From a bacterium (lineage in GTDB: Bacteria > Zhuqueibacterota > Zhuqueibacteria > Residuimicrobiales > Krinioviventaceae), in the NCBI GenBank assembly GCA_963675755.2, contig CAXXMD010000003.1:64001-128000 (forward strand): 64,000 nt of DNA, given 5' to 3'. Under the pieces are notes generated by a model. It was not told the origin of the DNA. It worked only from the letters and a program-made list of their open reading frames with translations, and searched no databases. Shown here piece by piece: positions 30,520 to 41,870 of this stretch (positions are counted from its first letter, which is position 1; every line of letters begins with the position of its first letter). The translations under genes were made by a program, and so were the position numbers.

Positions 30520-31992
30520 ATGGCCAGGCAAATTAACAGACGCAGTTTTATGAAACAAACGGGTGTGCTTGCGGCAGCATCCTTGTCTCTTACCCATTGT
30601 TCAAGCACCAATAAAAAACCCAATATCATCTTTATTATGGCAGACGACCTGGGTTATGGTCACCTGGGATGTTATGGACAAAAATATATCAAAACCCCCA
30701 ACATAGACGCTATGGCAAAAGAGGGCCTTAAATTTTCTCAAGCATATTCCGGTTGTACGGTTTGTGCACCCTCACGCAGTGCGCTTATGACCGGTACCCA
30801 TACCGGCCACACATCCGTACGGGGCAACGGTGGTGGTGCTTCGCTTCAGGCCAATGATGTAACCGTTGCGCAGCTGTTACAAAAAGCCGGCTACAAAACC
30901 GGACTCTTTGGCAAGTGGGGCCTTGCTGATGAAGGCAAAGCAGGTATCCCTAATAAAATGGGATTTGACCAGTTCTTTGGTTACCTGCACCAGCTGCACG
31001 CCCAGTTTTACTATCCCGAGTTTTTATGGGACAATGAAAAAAAACACAACCTGCCCGAAAATGCAAATTTTGGACGCAAAACCTATTCTCCCGATCTGAT
31101 TATGGAAAAGGCTTTTGATTTTGTCCGTCAAAATAAAGATAATCCGTTTTTCCTCTATCTTCCAACAACCATTCCACACCACGAGTTTATCGCTCCGGAA
31201 GAAGATTTAAAAGAATATCGCGGCAAGTTCCCCGAAGTCAAAGTAGCCCACTGGCGCGACAATTACGCCCTACCTGAAGAACCCAAAGCCACCTTTGCGG
31301 CTATGGTCTCTCATCTGGATAAACAAGTTGGTAAACTGTTTGCCCTGATACAGGAACTGGGACTCGATGATAATACCATCATCTTTTTCACATCGGACAA
31401 TGGCGGCGCGCAGGGTCCGCTCGAAAACGCAGAATTCTTTGAGGCCAATAAATCTTTTCGCGGATACAAAAGAGATCTGTACGAAGGCGGTATCCGTATT
31501 CCCATGATTGTTCGCTGGCCGGGCAAGGTCCAACCCTCTGCCGATACCGACCAGGTCACTTATTTCCCGGATATGCTGCCCACTTTTCTTGAACTGGCCG
31601 GAGCAAAATCCATGGTCCCTGCGGAAACAGACGGTCTCTCAATTGTACCGACAATCCTGAACACCGGCGAGCAAAAACAGCACGATTTTCTCTACTGGGA
31701 AGACGCGGAATATCAACGCACCGGAACATACCTGGAAGAACCGGGCACCCTCATGCAGGCCGTACGTATGGGTAACTGGAAGGGCGTTAAAAACAATCCG
31801 GGTGCGAAAATTGAATTGTACGACCTCGGTAAAGATATTGAGGAAAAGAACAATATTGCGGCGCAACACCCGGATGTGGTTAAAAAGATCGCTAAAATCA
31901 TGGAAACCGAGCACAGACAAGCCCCGCCGCAAGTGGACTTGACCGTTGCCGAAGCCAAAGATCTCTATATACCCAAACCGGCAAAAAAATAA
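30520..31992 (+). CDS. Cys-type S1 arylsulfatase, Tat lipoprotein
   Basis: NRRSFMK...LTHC; PNIIFIMADDLG, CAPSRSALMTG, GKWGL, SDNG, K..LYEGGIR.P. Confidence 0.93.
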   Translation: MARQINRRSFMKQTGVLAAASLSLTHCSSTNKKPNIIFIMADDLGYGHLGCYGQKYIKTPNIDAMAKEGLKFSQAYSGCTVCAPSRSALMTGTHTGHTSVRGNGGGASLQANDVTVAQLLQKAGYKTGLFGKWGLADEGKAGIPNKMGFDQFFGYLHQLHAQFYYPEFLWDNEKKHNLPENANFGRKTYSPDLIMEKAFDFVRQNKDNPFFLYLPTTIPHHEFIAPEEDLKEYRGKFPEVKVAHWRDNYALPEEPKATFAAMVSHLDKQVGKLFALIQELGLDDNTIIFFTSDNGGAQGPLENAEFFEANKSFRGYKRDLYEGGIRIPMIVRWPGKVQPSADTDQVTYFPDMLPTFLELAGAKSMVPAETDGLSIVPTILNTGEQKQHDFLYWEDAEYQRTGTYLEEPGTLMQAVRMGNWKGVKNNPGAKIELYDLGKDIEEKNNIAAQHPDVVKKIAKIMETEHRQAPPQVDLTVAEAKDLYIPKPAKK

Positions 31993-32106
31993 AAACCATA
32001 ATCAAATTCATTTTTACATAAAAATTTAGAGTTGTAAAAATTTATTTTGTATATTATTTGTTCATAACAAAAATTTTAATAATCACTTTTTTCCCATGGG
32101 GGTCCA

Positions 32107-35100
32107 ATGAAGTACCAAATTTCATTTCTGGTTTTCGTTATAGTGGTGTGTTCTACAACTATATTTTCCGAACCAATCAGACAAGGTTTTATTGATAAAG
32201 AAACCGCAATAGTATACTCAGGACCAACAACAGATTCTACTGCAATCGACACTTTAAAATTCGGCGAGTTTACACTGGTGTATGGCATTAAAACAGATGA
32301 ACAAGACATTTTTAACCAAGAAGGCTGGTCAAAGGTCCGAACGCCAGATGGAAAGTTAGGATGGATTGATTATTCTATACTCTTGATCTCAAATGATGTA
32401 ACCTATGTTGCAAAACCAGGAGATATCATTTATGAACAGCCGGACGCCTTATCAACAGTTGTTGATTCGATAAAAACTATAAATCCGCTCTCTGCATTTG
32501 AGTTAGAAGAGATAGATGAACAATATTGGCTAAAACTATATTCATACAGTGGAACAAAATGGCTACAAATCGACAGTTTATCATTCCAAATTGAATTTAA
32601 ATACTATGAACTGGTAAATAATTTCTTAGGTTATGGTTACCAATTTTTCAATTTTTCCCCTTACAAAGATTATAATAAAGCATTAAAGATTGCACAAGTA
32701 TTTTCAGAAACAATAGATCCGGAAACCAGCTTTATCAGTGATGGAATTTATGAAGATATGGGAAAAGTAAAACTTGGTTCAGGAGCATTTGCTTATTATT
32801 TAAAATTTATAATATATCAAAGATTTGATGAATGGGAAAACGCAATAACAGCACTAGAAAACATAGCTAATATATATCCGAATCAAAGTTTGATTAAAGG
32901 CAATGCAGGTGCCTGGGCCGATCTTGAGATAGGAAAAATATACCACTACAAACTTGAAGAATACAACAAAGCCATCTTTCAATACCATCGGACAATACAA
33001 AAGCATCCTTTTCAGGAATTACATGGCTACGAATCAACGGATTATGTAGATATTCGGGCTGCTTTCAACATCTTTAACATGATAAAAAGCAGCACACATG
33101 ATACATTGGAATCAAATGGTTCTATAATTGTCAATACAGCCGAAAATCCCGCTGCTAAATTGCTTGGTTTTTGTTGCCAGGCTGCAAGTTTAGGAAAACA
33201 AAAAAAATACACAGAACTTTTAGATTTGGTGGAATCTGCAATTACTGAATATCCCGAATGCCGTAGGCTTTATTATTTATCCAGCAGAGATTATTCTACT
33301 ACGCTTGTATCACTTGCATTTGAAATATTAAAAAACAATCAACAATATGACAAATATTATCAATTCAGCAATCGTATGTCTGAAAAATTTAAAAACTATC
33401 CCGTTGGAGAATTAAGTGCATTTAAAAAAGCATATTTGGCAGATATATCAAATGAAGATATTCCAACAATCATATCATACTATAAAACTGTTGATAAAAT
33501 TTCAAGAGACAATGGTAATTATGAATATTTTAATTCAATAACAAACGAAGTCTATTATAGCAATTTATCCAGCAATCGACTTGCAACACTTTCAGAAACT
33601 AAACCTGTTAAAGCAACGACAATACAAGACAGCGTTCAACTTAAATTGGGTATTGACGGAGAATATACAATTTTAGCATTACTACCCCAAAATGTATCAT
33701 TAACCAAACTCTATACAGATCAATTTTTAATTCATACAGATTTTGAAGGGCTTTATACCAAAGTTTTACTCGAGGATTCAACAATTGGTTGGGTATTGTC
33801 AGAACAAATTGAATCTATTATTGAAAACACAATGCCGTCAATAAATGATTCGTTAATTCACAGCATGAATAGAGCACTATCAGAAAACAATCCTGTATTT
33901 GATGGTGATGAAATTCGTAATCCACAAATTGAAAATATTCTTGAGAACTTTAGTGCTAGATTTTTACGATTTTGCGATTTCAATAATGACAATATAACAG
34001 ATTTCATAACTTTTAAAAAAGGTAATTATTTAACTCTAAATGCAATAAACGGCAAGTCATTCGTAATAGAATGGACCTTCTATGTTAATAGCTCGATTAC
34101 ATCACAAAATATTTTGAATGAAAAGTTATTCATCAAAACACGTTATAATGTATTACAATGTATAGACATTTCTAATGGTGAATTGAAATGGGAAAAAGGT
34201 GAAAATCAATATCAGAGACAATTGATTGCACCTTTAATAATAAATAACAAATTATATAATATTTCACAGGACAGTTTCCTGGTATGTTTGGATCCTCAAA
34301 ACGGGCAAGAGTTATGGAAAGGTGATTGTAAACAGAAAAATGTTGATTCTTTCCACGGTAATGATTCTGCTTTGGTAATTTCATACAAAGACAGTCTAAA
34401 GGTATTCAATATTCACAATGGTGAATTTGAATGGGGTATATCTGGAAGAATTTACAACAAACCCACTATTAATAAAAACAAGCTTTACTATTTCAATTGG
34501 GGAAAACGGCGTAGAATTGATCAAATGTGATTTAGTTACTGGTAATATTGAATGGAAATTTGATGCAATCCGTTCATTTTCATCATCTGAAGAAATGCTT
34601 GTCACCTCAAATAATGTAATTTTTAATACAGGGAATTCAATCTATGCGGTAAGTAAAAATGATGGTGAACTTGAATGGCAAAAAAATATTAATGTTAGCT
34701 CTGTTGAAAAGTGTGCTGCAGGAAATACATTGTACGTATTATCTAACAGATTTAGTGATTATTCCGGTTTGGCTGCCTATGATCTTGCGTCTGGTATACA
34801 ACAATGGCAAATGGATCATACTTTGGAATCCATCTATTTTCATTCAAACAGAATATTTGTTGAAGGTTTGACCGGGTTATTAATTATCAACAACGCCAAT
34901 TCAACTCTAACAGAAGAACCCTCACACATTACTGAATTTGCCCTGGACCAAAACTATCCCAATCCATTCAACATGAATACAACGATACAATATCGTGTTC
35001 ATAAAAATGCCAATGTTAATATAACAATTTATAATATGCTGGGACAAAAAATAATAACGTTGATTTCCAAAGCACATTCTCCGGGTATGTACCAGACTAC

Positions 35101-35209
35101 TTGGGATGGCTTGAACAATAAAAATCAAATGGTGAGTAGCGGACTTTATTTTTATCAAATCAATATAGATGGAGAAATTAAAACCAAATCCATGATTTTG
35201 GTAAAATAA
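32107..35209 (+). pseudogene. Secreted SH3/TPR/PQQ-propeller protein with C-terminal sorting domain, split by one frameshift near 34499-34502 (ORFs 32107-34530 and 34418-35209)
   Basis: Signal peptide and SH3-like W.KV.T.DGK.GWI in first ORF; PQQ-like repeats continue across overlapping frames; QNYPNPFN...KSMILVK ends second ORF; removing one G of GGGG fuses them. Confidence 0.72.
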
Positions 35210-35245
35210 GCCAACTATTAAAAGAACATAAAAGGAATTTAATCC

Positions 35246-36247
35246 ATGAAACGTCGAGAATTTATCAAATCTGTATCGTTGGGTTCAGCCGCTGCCGCAA
35301 CACCCTTTGCAATAATCGGTTGTGGTAAAAAATCTGCCCCCGCCATCCAAATGACGCACAGTTCCAACGATTACAATGCTACTATCCGTTTTGCCGCATT
35401 GGAAAAGCCGCTTACGGTTATGCATATTGCGGACTCGCATATTACCAAACTCGATGATTCGGAAAAAGAGTTCCATGCCTACGGTAAACGAATGGATAAC
35501 GCCTTTCATAATGTTGAGCATTACCAAACGGGCAAGACAGCCAGTTCGACCGATCATTTTCTGGAGCTGTTATCAACAATCGACAAGGATATCATTGACC
35601 TTTTGGTTCTCACCGGAGATATAGTCAATAATCCTTCCAAATCCAGTGTCAACTATGTGTGCAGCCTGCTTAAGGATACCGGTGTGCCGTATCTTTATAT
35701 TGCGGGTAATCACGACTGGCATTATGAGGGCATGCAAGGTTCCGCGAACGAATTGCGTAAAACCTGGACGCAGAATAGTCTGCTGCCTTTTTTTGATGGA
35801 TTGGATCCCATGAATTACGCCAAACAAATCAATGGCATCAATTTTATCGGCATTGACAATTCTACCTACCAGGTTAATGCGGAGCAGTTGGTTTTTTTCA
35901 AAAACGAACTTGACCGGGGTCTGCCGGCAGTGCTGATGGTGCACATCCCCATTTATACCCAAGACCACCGGGGTGCCTCCTGCGGCAATCCCCATTGGGG
36001 CTGGGAAACGGACAGAGGCTACGAGATTGAACAACGTGAGCGCTGGCCCAAAAGCGGTAACCTGCAATCTACACTGGACTTTGTCAAGCTGGTCGAAAAC
36101 AGTCCATGCCCCTTGACAGTACTCGGCGGACACAATCACAGACCCATCACCGAGGTTTTGTCACCGTCAACCGTCCAGTATACCACCGACGCCGCCAAAG
36201 GCGGCGCCGCAAGAGTGATAAAATTTTTACCCATGAATCAAATATAA
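35246..36247 (+). CDS. Calcineurin-like metallophosphoesterase, Tat lipoprotein
   Basis: KRREFIK...IIGC; DSH, GD, GNHD, HIP, GHNH motifs. Confidence 0.88.
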   Translation: MKRREFIKSVSLGSAAAATPFAIIGCGKKSAPAIQMTHSSNDYNATIRFAALEKPLTVMHIADSHITKLDDSEKEFHAYGKRMDNAFHNVEHYQTGKTASSTDHFLELLSTIDKDIIDLLVLTGDIVNNPSKSSVNYVCSLLKDTGVPYLYIAGNHDWHYEGMQGSANELRKTWTQNSLLPFFDGLDPMNYAKQINGINFIGIDNSTYQVNAEQLVFFKNELDRGLPAVLMVHIPIYTQDHRGASCGNPHWGWETDRGYEIEQRERWPKSGNLQSTLDFVKLVENSPCPLTVLGGHNHRPITEVLSPSTVQYTTDAAKGGAARVIKFLPMNQI

Positions 36248-36255
36248 CAACGACT

Positions 36256-36281
36256 CCCCCCCGATATAACAGTATCGGGGG
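36256..36281. terminator. Hairpin between convergent genes
   Basis: cccccgata-taacag-tatcggggg. Confidence 0.65.
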
Positions 36282-36295
36282 TTTAAGATATCCCC

Positions 36296-37567
36296 TTATT
36301 TTGTCAGCACCATCTTGATCGTTTGTTCCTCAATGCCGCTTTTCAATGTACAGAAATAAACACCAGACGGCAGTTCTTTTGCTGAAAACTGAATCTGATA
36401 TTGCCCGGGTTCCTGGTAACCATGAACCAATTGCTCAACCTCTTTACCCAGGGCGTTGTAAATTTTCACATCCACCAATCTGCGTTTTTCCAGAGTATAG
36501 GTTATGGATGTGGTCGGATTAAAAGGATTGGGATAATTCTGCATTAACCGCATTTCAGTAGGGACTGTCACCCCACCCTCAATGATTGTTTCGTTTTGCA
36601 TGCGTTCGATTTGAAGCTGCTGCAAATCCGCCCAGCCAATGAGATGTATGCCCTCACTCTCAATCAGATTCCGCATTTCTGCCGAGTCAAACACACGGTA
36701 ATCATAATCCCGATTGCCCCATCTGCTGGTAATGGCCTTGATCTCGTCCGATTCCACTGCGGCATGAATATACAGTTCGGTCACACCCGGCTCTAAATTT
36801 TTAATCATATTACTGTATGCACTCAAGGCATCCTCATAAGAATCGCCATGATCAGAGATCACTTTTAAATAATCAGGCAGTACAAAGCCTTCATTTACCA
36901 GCGAATCCGCCAGGGCTACCAGTTCAGCTTGTCGTGCTTCTGGAATCGCTTCGGTCCAGGGCGAAGACAATTTCCTTGGCAAACGAAACGGTAGATTGTA
37001 TTCCCGGCTGATGCTGAAAATAGCGTCAAAGAAATCCTGACCAAATGCCAACCCGTAAACACTGCCCATATGATTGTCAATATGAGTGGGCGTAATACCA
37101 AATTCAATGGCCTTTTCCACTTGTGCGGTGAGTTCGGTTTTCACCTCGTCTGGGTCGCCATGCAATTCCACATACATCTCGCTTTCCGGGAAAAACCCTT
37201 CCCAGGTCAACAAAGATGGAATAGAGTTCGATGAAGCAACGCCGCCCCATTTGTAATCCCCCCATTCTGCGGTAAGCGTCAAATGTACACCCACGTCCAG
37301 TGTGGGATTCTCGACACAAAATTTGGCAGCTTCCCTGAACCACCCACACGGCACCATGATTGTTGAAGAGGATATCCCGCCGCTTTGCAGCAGATCCATG
37401 GTTGCCTCGTTCTCGGCATGGCACATACCAAAGTCATCTGCGTTGACGATCAAAACCCTGGCATCACTGTCATACCCCAGCATCTCGGCGGTTGACAATC
37501 CAAAGCTCATTTGAGGAATTAAAGCACATATCATTACAAAAAAAATCAAACTCATATCTTTTCGCAT
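36296..37567 (-). CDS. Secreted YdjC/ChbG-family carbohydrate deacetylase with C-terminal sorting domain
   Basis: Signal peptide; IVNADDFGM, GVHLTL, THIDNHMG, TELYIH; MQNYPNPFNP...KMVLTK. Confidence 0.85.
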   Translation of the reverse strand: MRKDMSLIFFVMICALIPQMSFGLSTAEMLGYDSDARVLIVNADDFGMCHAENEATMDLLQSGGISSSTIMVPCGWFREAAKFCVENPTLDVGVHLTLTAEWGDYKWGGVASSNSIPSLLTWEGFFPESEMYVELHGDPDEVKTELTAQVEKAIEFGITPTHIDNHMGSVYGLAFGQDFFDAIFSISREYNLPFRLPRKLSSPWTEAIPEARQAELVALADSLVNEGFVLPDYLKVISDHGDSYEDALSAYSNMIKNLEPGVTELYIHAAVESDEIKAITSRWGNRDYDYRVFDSAEMRNLIESEGIHLIGWADLQQLQIERMQNETIIEGGVTVPTEMRLMQNYPNPFNPTTSITYTLEKRRLVDVKIYNALGKEVEQLVHGYQEPGQYQIQFSAKELPSGVYFCTLKSGIEEQTIKMVLTK

Positions 37568-37757
37568 CTTGCATCCGATCCTGTTTTACTAAAGCTCGTT
37601 AGTGAATTAATTCAATTAAAATAAGCGAAAACCCTCAAAAGCACAATCCCTTTTTCTATAATCTCGGGATTATTCTTTTACATGCTGAACAGAATTTTAT
37701 TTTCCCTCTCGGTTACCCAAAACAAATTGAAATAATGATTATTAATTAAAAGGCTCG

Positions 37758-37851
37758 CTTTGCGGCCTCTGCGTATCCTTTGCGTTCCCTGCGTTTTGTT
37801 TTAAGATTAAAACACATAACGCAGAGGTGCAGAGAAAGCAAAGGCCGCAAA
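37758..37851. repeat. Inverted pair of short tandem motifs (family B variant)
   Basis: ctttgcggcctctgcgtatcctttgcgttccctgcgtt ... aacgcagaggtgcagagaaagcaaaggccgcaaag. Confidence 0.65.
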
Positions 37852-38019
37852 GTATTGAAACGAGTTAATAGCTTGCTTAATAAATTGAATTAATAATATC
37901 TAAACAAATTGAAATTATGAATTTTGGCAGTGAATACAAAAGTTACAAGCTTTGAAATGTAAAGGTACAATCCAGTCTGCTAATTTTAAAATATTTACAG
38001 CAGACCGGATTCTTGAACT

Positions 38020-39657
38020 CTATTCGTAAATTTTCAAAATCGGTATCAATGCGGGATCCACATTGAACAACTGACGCGAATCGCCTTTTTCCGCCACAAA
38101 GACGCGGATCTTGTGTCCCTTGTTGGTGGTAAATGTACGGATACCGTCCTTTAGCTCGTATTTGATCTTGGGCGCTTTGACTTTTTTGCCTTTTTCCGCC
38201 AGCACTACATGCATACCGAACCACATCGGTCCATCAGGGAAAACGTATTCGTCATACTCACGGGGACGAGGATGGTACCGTCCGCTCGAACAGGTATTGT
38301 CGCGGTGCTTCAATTCCAGTTTACAGGGTTCTATCTTTTCATTACTGACTTTAAACGGAAAAAGATGCAGATCATAGCCGTATGCTTCTAGCACAATGTG
38401 TCCCGCTGTATTCTCTTTTTCCTGCCAGTCCCCGGAGATACCCATCCCAAAATCATCAATGGTTTCCAGATAGGTGGACATGTCCCCACGCCATTGCGTA
38501 AACTGCCAGTAGGTGGGTAAACGATTATAAACACAAAAGGTTGAAGTTTCAATCTGATCGGTAAATCCGTTTACCGGTGTAAAAGATCCTTGCAAAAACG
38601 CCTCGGCACGTTCTTTTTCATTTTCACCAACCGCTACCATACAATGGATCTGCTGTTCATAACAGTTACCACCGGTCATACTACCCATGCCTGCATTCGG
38701 TAATTGATAAGTTTGATAGATAAAGGGATTGATAGCCGCCTTGCCCACTGCTTTAAAGGGGTATTTACGATGCTCGTTGATCTCTACTGCTTTTGCCGGC
38801 GGTGTATACCCGTCAATCGGATCTGTGACAACACCGGAACGGACATCATCATTGATGGTAAAGTTGCGGTAATCCCGGCTTATACCGGTAATAGGAATTT
38901 TTAACACCGGATGATTGAGCGCGGATTGCAGCAGGTAGAGATGGTCCATAACCTCATGCACTTCACCTTTTATCCGCTCATCATGGATAAATTCGGCAAT
39001 ATTGGGTAAATGACGAAAGATCAAATGGTTGTAATTGGGTGACGCAAACTCGTCCACACCAAAAAACTGGATGTGATTGTACCAACGCGTCCATTGACTT
39101 TTTGCCATTTTCTGCAAGCGATAATCGTCAAAACGCTCACCTGCCAGTGCAAAGGTCTCTACATAAAGGGCAAAAATATTGCTGTACGCGGTAAAATCTC
39201 TGCCAATATCAAACACCTCGGTTTCCCATCGCCGTACCGCTGCTTCTGTGAGCCGGTTACATGCAATCAGGAACTGCTTGCGCGTGTCTGACGACATCCG
39301 GCTCTGCTGGTCCCACAGCAGATTAAAGAACCTGTCTGCATGAAACAATGCATTGTTAAAATCCACAACTTTTTCACCGTTTTCCCATCTCCAGCCCCAT
39401 TGCCCATAGGTAATAGATTCCGGATCGGGATCCTGTTTGGTGATATATTTTTCAAGAACCGCATCGGCCGTAACATGATCAGTTACATCATCAGAACGAT
39501 ACAAATACCAGGCAAGCTCCCATGATACAGCATTGGGATCAGCTTTATAGTTTTGTATTTGATCATCAAACCGTGATTGCTCAGCCGGGGATAATGTTTG
39601 TGCAGAAACAATAGTAGAGGACAACAGTAAACAAATCAACAACAGCAATTTCTTCAT
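38020..39657 (-). CDS. Exported hypothetical protein
   Basis: Sec signal MKKLLLL...VSA; Trp/Tyr-rich helical N-half with DEFASPNY motif; no family recognised with confidence. Confidence 0.75.
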   Translation of the reverse strand: MKKLLLLICLLLSSTIVSAQTLSPAEQSRFDDQIQNYKADPNAVSWELAWYLYRSDDVTDHVTADAVLEKYITKQDPDPESITYGQWGWRWENGEKVVDFNNALFHADRFFNLLWDQQSRMSSDTRKQFLIACNRLTEAAVRRWETEVFDIGRDFTAYSNIFALYVETFALAGERFDDYRLQKMAKSQWTRWYNHIQFFGVDEFASPNYNHLIFRHLPNIAEFIHDERIKGEVHEVMDHLYLLQSALNHPVLKIPITGISRDYRNFTINDDVRSGVVTDPIDGYTPPAKAVEINEHRKYPFKAVGKAAINPFIYQTYQLPNAGMGSMTGGNCYEQQIHCMVAVGENEKERAEAFLQGSFTPVNGFTDQIETSTFCVYNRLPTYWQFTQWRGDMSTYLETIDDFGMGISGDWQEKENTAGHIVLEAYGYDLHLFPFKVSNEKIEPCKLELKHRDNTCSSGRYHPRPREYDEYVFPDGPMWFGMHVVLAEKGKKVKAPKIKYELKDGIRTFTTNKGHKIRVFVAEKGDSRQLFNVDPALIPILKIYE

Positions 39658-40046
39658 ACCTACTCTCCCGATTTAACGTAAACAAGGTCCATTTTTGAGT
39701 ATAATGTAATTACAAAATCACATTTCGAATTTTACTGCGTATAATATATAAATGCCTGTCCCCCAAAAATCATATTGTATCGTAATGATAAAGCAGATAA
39801 ATAGCAAGAAAATTATATCGGCTATAATCAATGCATAACCATCCAATACCTAAACAAAAATCTTTAATTAAATCTGACAGCACTGACATTTTTCATCTGT
39901 GTTCATCTGCGTGCATCTGCGGTTAATTGTTCCACTGTAGAACGAAATTCATTTCGTTTATCCGCTGTAAGCGGAAAGCTTAATTACGAAGCATATTCCT
40001 GAATTACGAATATTAAGACATAATAGTTAAAAGTCCAACCAAGTAG

Positions 40047-40127
40047 AATCCGTGCAGTTCTGTGTTAATCCGTGGGTAAAAAAATATTTTTTATTGAGCC
40101 ACGGATCGACACAGATCCTCACAGATT
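40047..40127. repeat. Family B inverted tri-repeat
   Basis: aatccgtgcagttctgtgttaatccgtgg ... ccacggatcgacacagatcctcacagatt; single arm also at ~39895-39924. Confidence 0.7.
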
Positions 40128-40170
40128 AAAACCAAAATATGATCTTTTTATATTATTGACCTCAAACCTG

Positions 40171-41169
40171 TCAACCGCACATTTCCCAGCCATTACTTTC
40201 CGCACTGGCAAAGATCGCATCAATCACTTTCATATTGTTGATGGCATCGTCAAAGGATACCGGTACCGGTGTATCATTCAAAATGGAATCTGCAAACTGT
40301 TCAGCCTGAATCTGGTATTGATCCGCAGCATCGATTTCCAACTCCCGGATTTCATCTTGCGTTACCAGCAAAACCTTTGCCGCCTGATCGGGAGGCACGT
40401 TAACCGGGATTTCTATCTCGATCCTTCCCGTTGTACCCACAATTTGCGCGCGTTGAAACGGCATCATTTGCGTCGAGCAGGTAAACACCGATGTTATACC
40501 TTTGGAAAAATCGAGTATCCCGGAGGTTATTCGATCAGTTTTCATTTCCGGGTCCCGGTCGATTATACCCATAACCCGCTCGGGTTCCTGACCAAAAATA
40601 AACCGCGGAAACGAAATACAGTAACAGCCAATATCCATCAGGGCGCCACCACCAATATCCGCCATATTGCGAATATTTTCCGGGTCGTCATTAAAGTATG
40701 AAAAATGGGACTGCACCGTCTTGACCTCACCAATGGCCCCAGAGTCGGTCAGGGATTTAACCCTTTGCCATTGCGGATGAAAACGGTACATGAATGCTTC
40801 CATCACCTTGAGCTCGGGATGTTTTTTGATCTCTGCAGCTAGCAGTTCAGCGTCCTGTACATTCAATCCTATGGGTTTCTCGCATAATACATGTTTGCCC
40901 GCCTGCATGGCCTTGATCGTCCAGGATACATGCAGATGATTGGGCAACGGATTATAAATAGCATCGATTTCCGGGTCCTGAAGCAAAGTTTCATAGGAGC
41001 CATATGCTCTATCAATACCCAACGTATTGGCCGCAGCTTGCGCTGTTTCAGTATTGCGGGAAGCAATTACCGTCACCTCGCAATTGGATGCCTTTTGAAT
41101 GGCAGGTATCACCTTTTGGGTCCCGATATTTGCCGTGCTTAGAATTCCCCAACGTATTTTTTTTGACAT
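40171..41169 (-). CDS. Gfo/Idh/MocA oxidoreductase (cytoplasmic)
   Basis: WGILSTANIG, YNPLPNHLH, GKHVLCEKP, EAFMYRFHPQ, GGALMDIGCY. Confidence 0.92.
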   Translation of the reverse strand: MSKKIRWGILSTANIGTQKVIPAIQKASNCEVTVIASRNTETAQAAANTLGIDRAYGSYETLLQDPEIDAIYNPLPNHLHVSWTIKAMQAGKHVLCEKPIGLNVQDAELLAAEIKKHPELKVMEAFMYRFHPQWQRVKSLTDSGAIGEVKTVQSHFSYFNDDPENIRNMADIGGGALMDIGCYCISFPRFIFGQEPERVMGIIDRDPEMKTDRITSGILDFSKGITSVFTCSTQMMPFQRAQIVGTTGRIEIEIPVNVPPDQAAKVLLVTQDEIRELEIDAADQYQIQAEQFADSILNDTPVPVSFDDAINNMKVIDAIFASAESNGWEMCG

Positions 41170-41268
41170 ATATCCTTCTCTCTTTATGTATATTTTGTTT
41201 AAAAATTGAAACAGCCATATTGTAATAAAAATTCATCTAATATTGAAACAATATTCAGTTCCTAAATT

Positions 41269-41720
41269 AACCACAGATAAACACAGATGAGCACAGATAA
41301 TCATTAATCATTTTTAATTTGAATCATTTAAACGTATCCAATTTCATTAGATAGAATCCGTGATCAAGTTTTTCCTCGTGACCTCTGTGTGCTTTGTGTT
41401 TAAAAAAAATAAACCACGAAGGAAAGAAGAGCACAAAGAATATCTACTCATAATCAGCTCTTATAAACCATCAATTATCTTTTAAACTTTTCGTGGATAT
41501 TTTTTGAGCCACAGATCATCACGGATACACACGGATCGAATGTATATATTTTCTTATTAAAATTTATTTGCAGGTGTCAATTATTATTACAAAGAATGAA
41601 AAAATTGACAACCCAACGTTTTCATAATATTGAATATTGTGTACAATTTCAAGTAACATTTTTTTCGGTCTTCTTTTGAAATCGGTGTTCATTCGTTTTA
41701 TCCGTATCATTCGTGTTCTT
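41269..41720. repeat. Cluster of family B arms in a 700-bp intergenic spacer
   Basis: aaccacagataaacacagatgagcacagat (41269); ctctgtgtgctttgtgtt...aaccacgaaggaaagaagagcacaaag (~41372-41440, also ~53221-53280); gccacagatcatcacggatacacacggat (~41508); atcggtgttcattcg...atccgtatcattcgtgttc (~41680). Confidence 0.65.
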
Positions 41721-41870
41721 GGCTTGAATAGTCAAGAATCTAAAAAAACAATGCTACATTAAATTGTTGAATATCTCCTTGAGTATTGACCAATTTTTAT
41801 GTATCATTCAATACCCCCTTTGGGGAAAAACAGCATGTTCTCTTTTGCAATAATCATATAGGATGGTATT

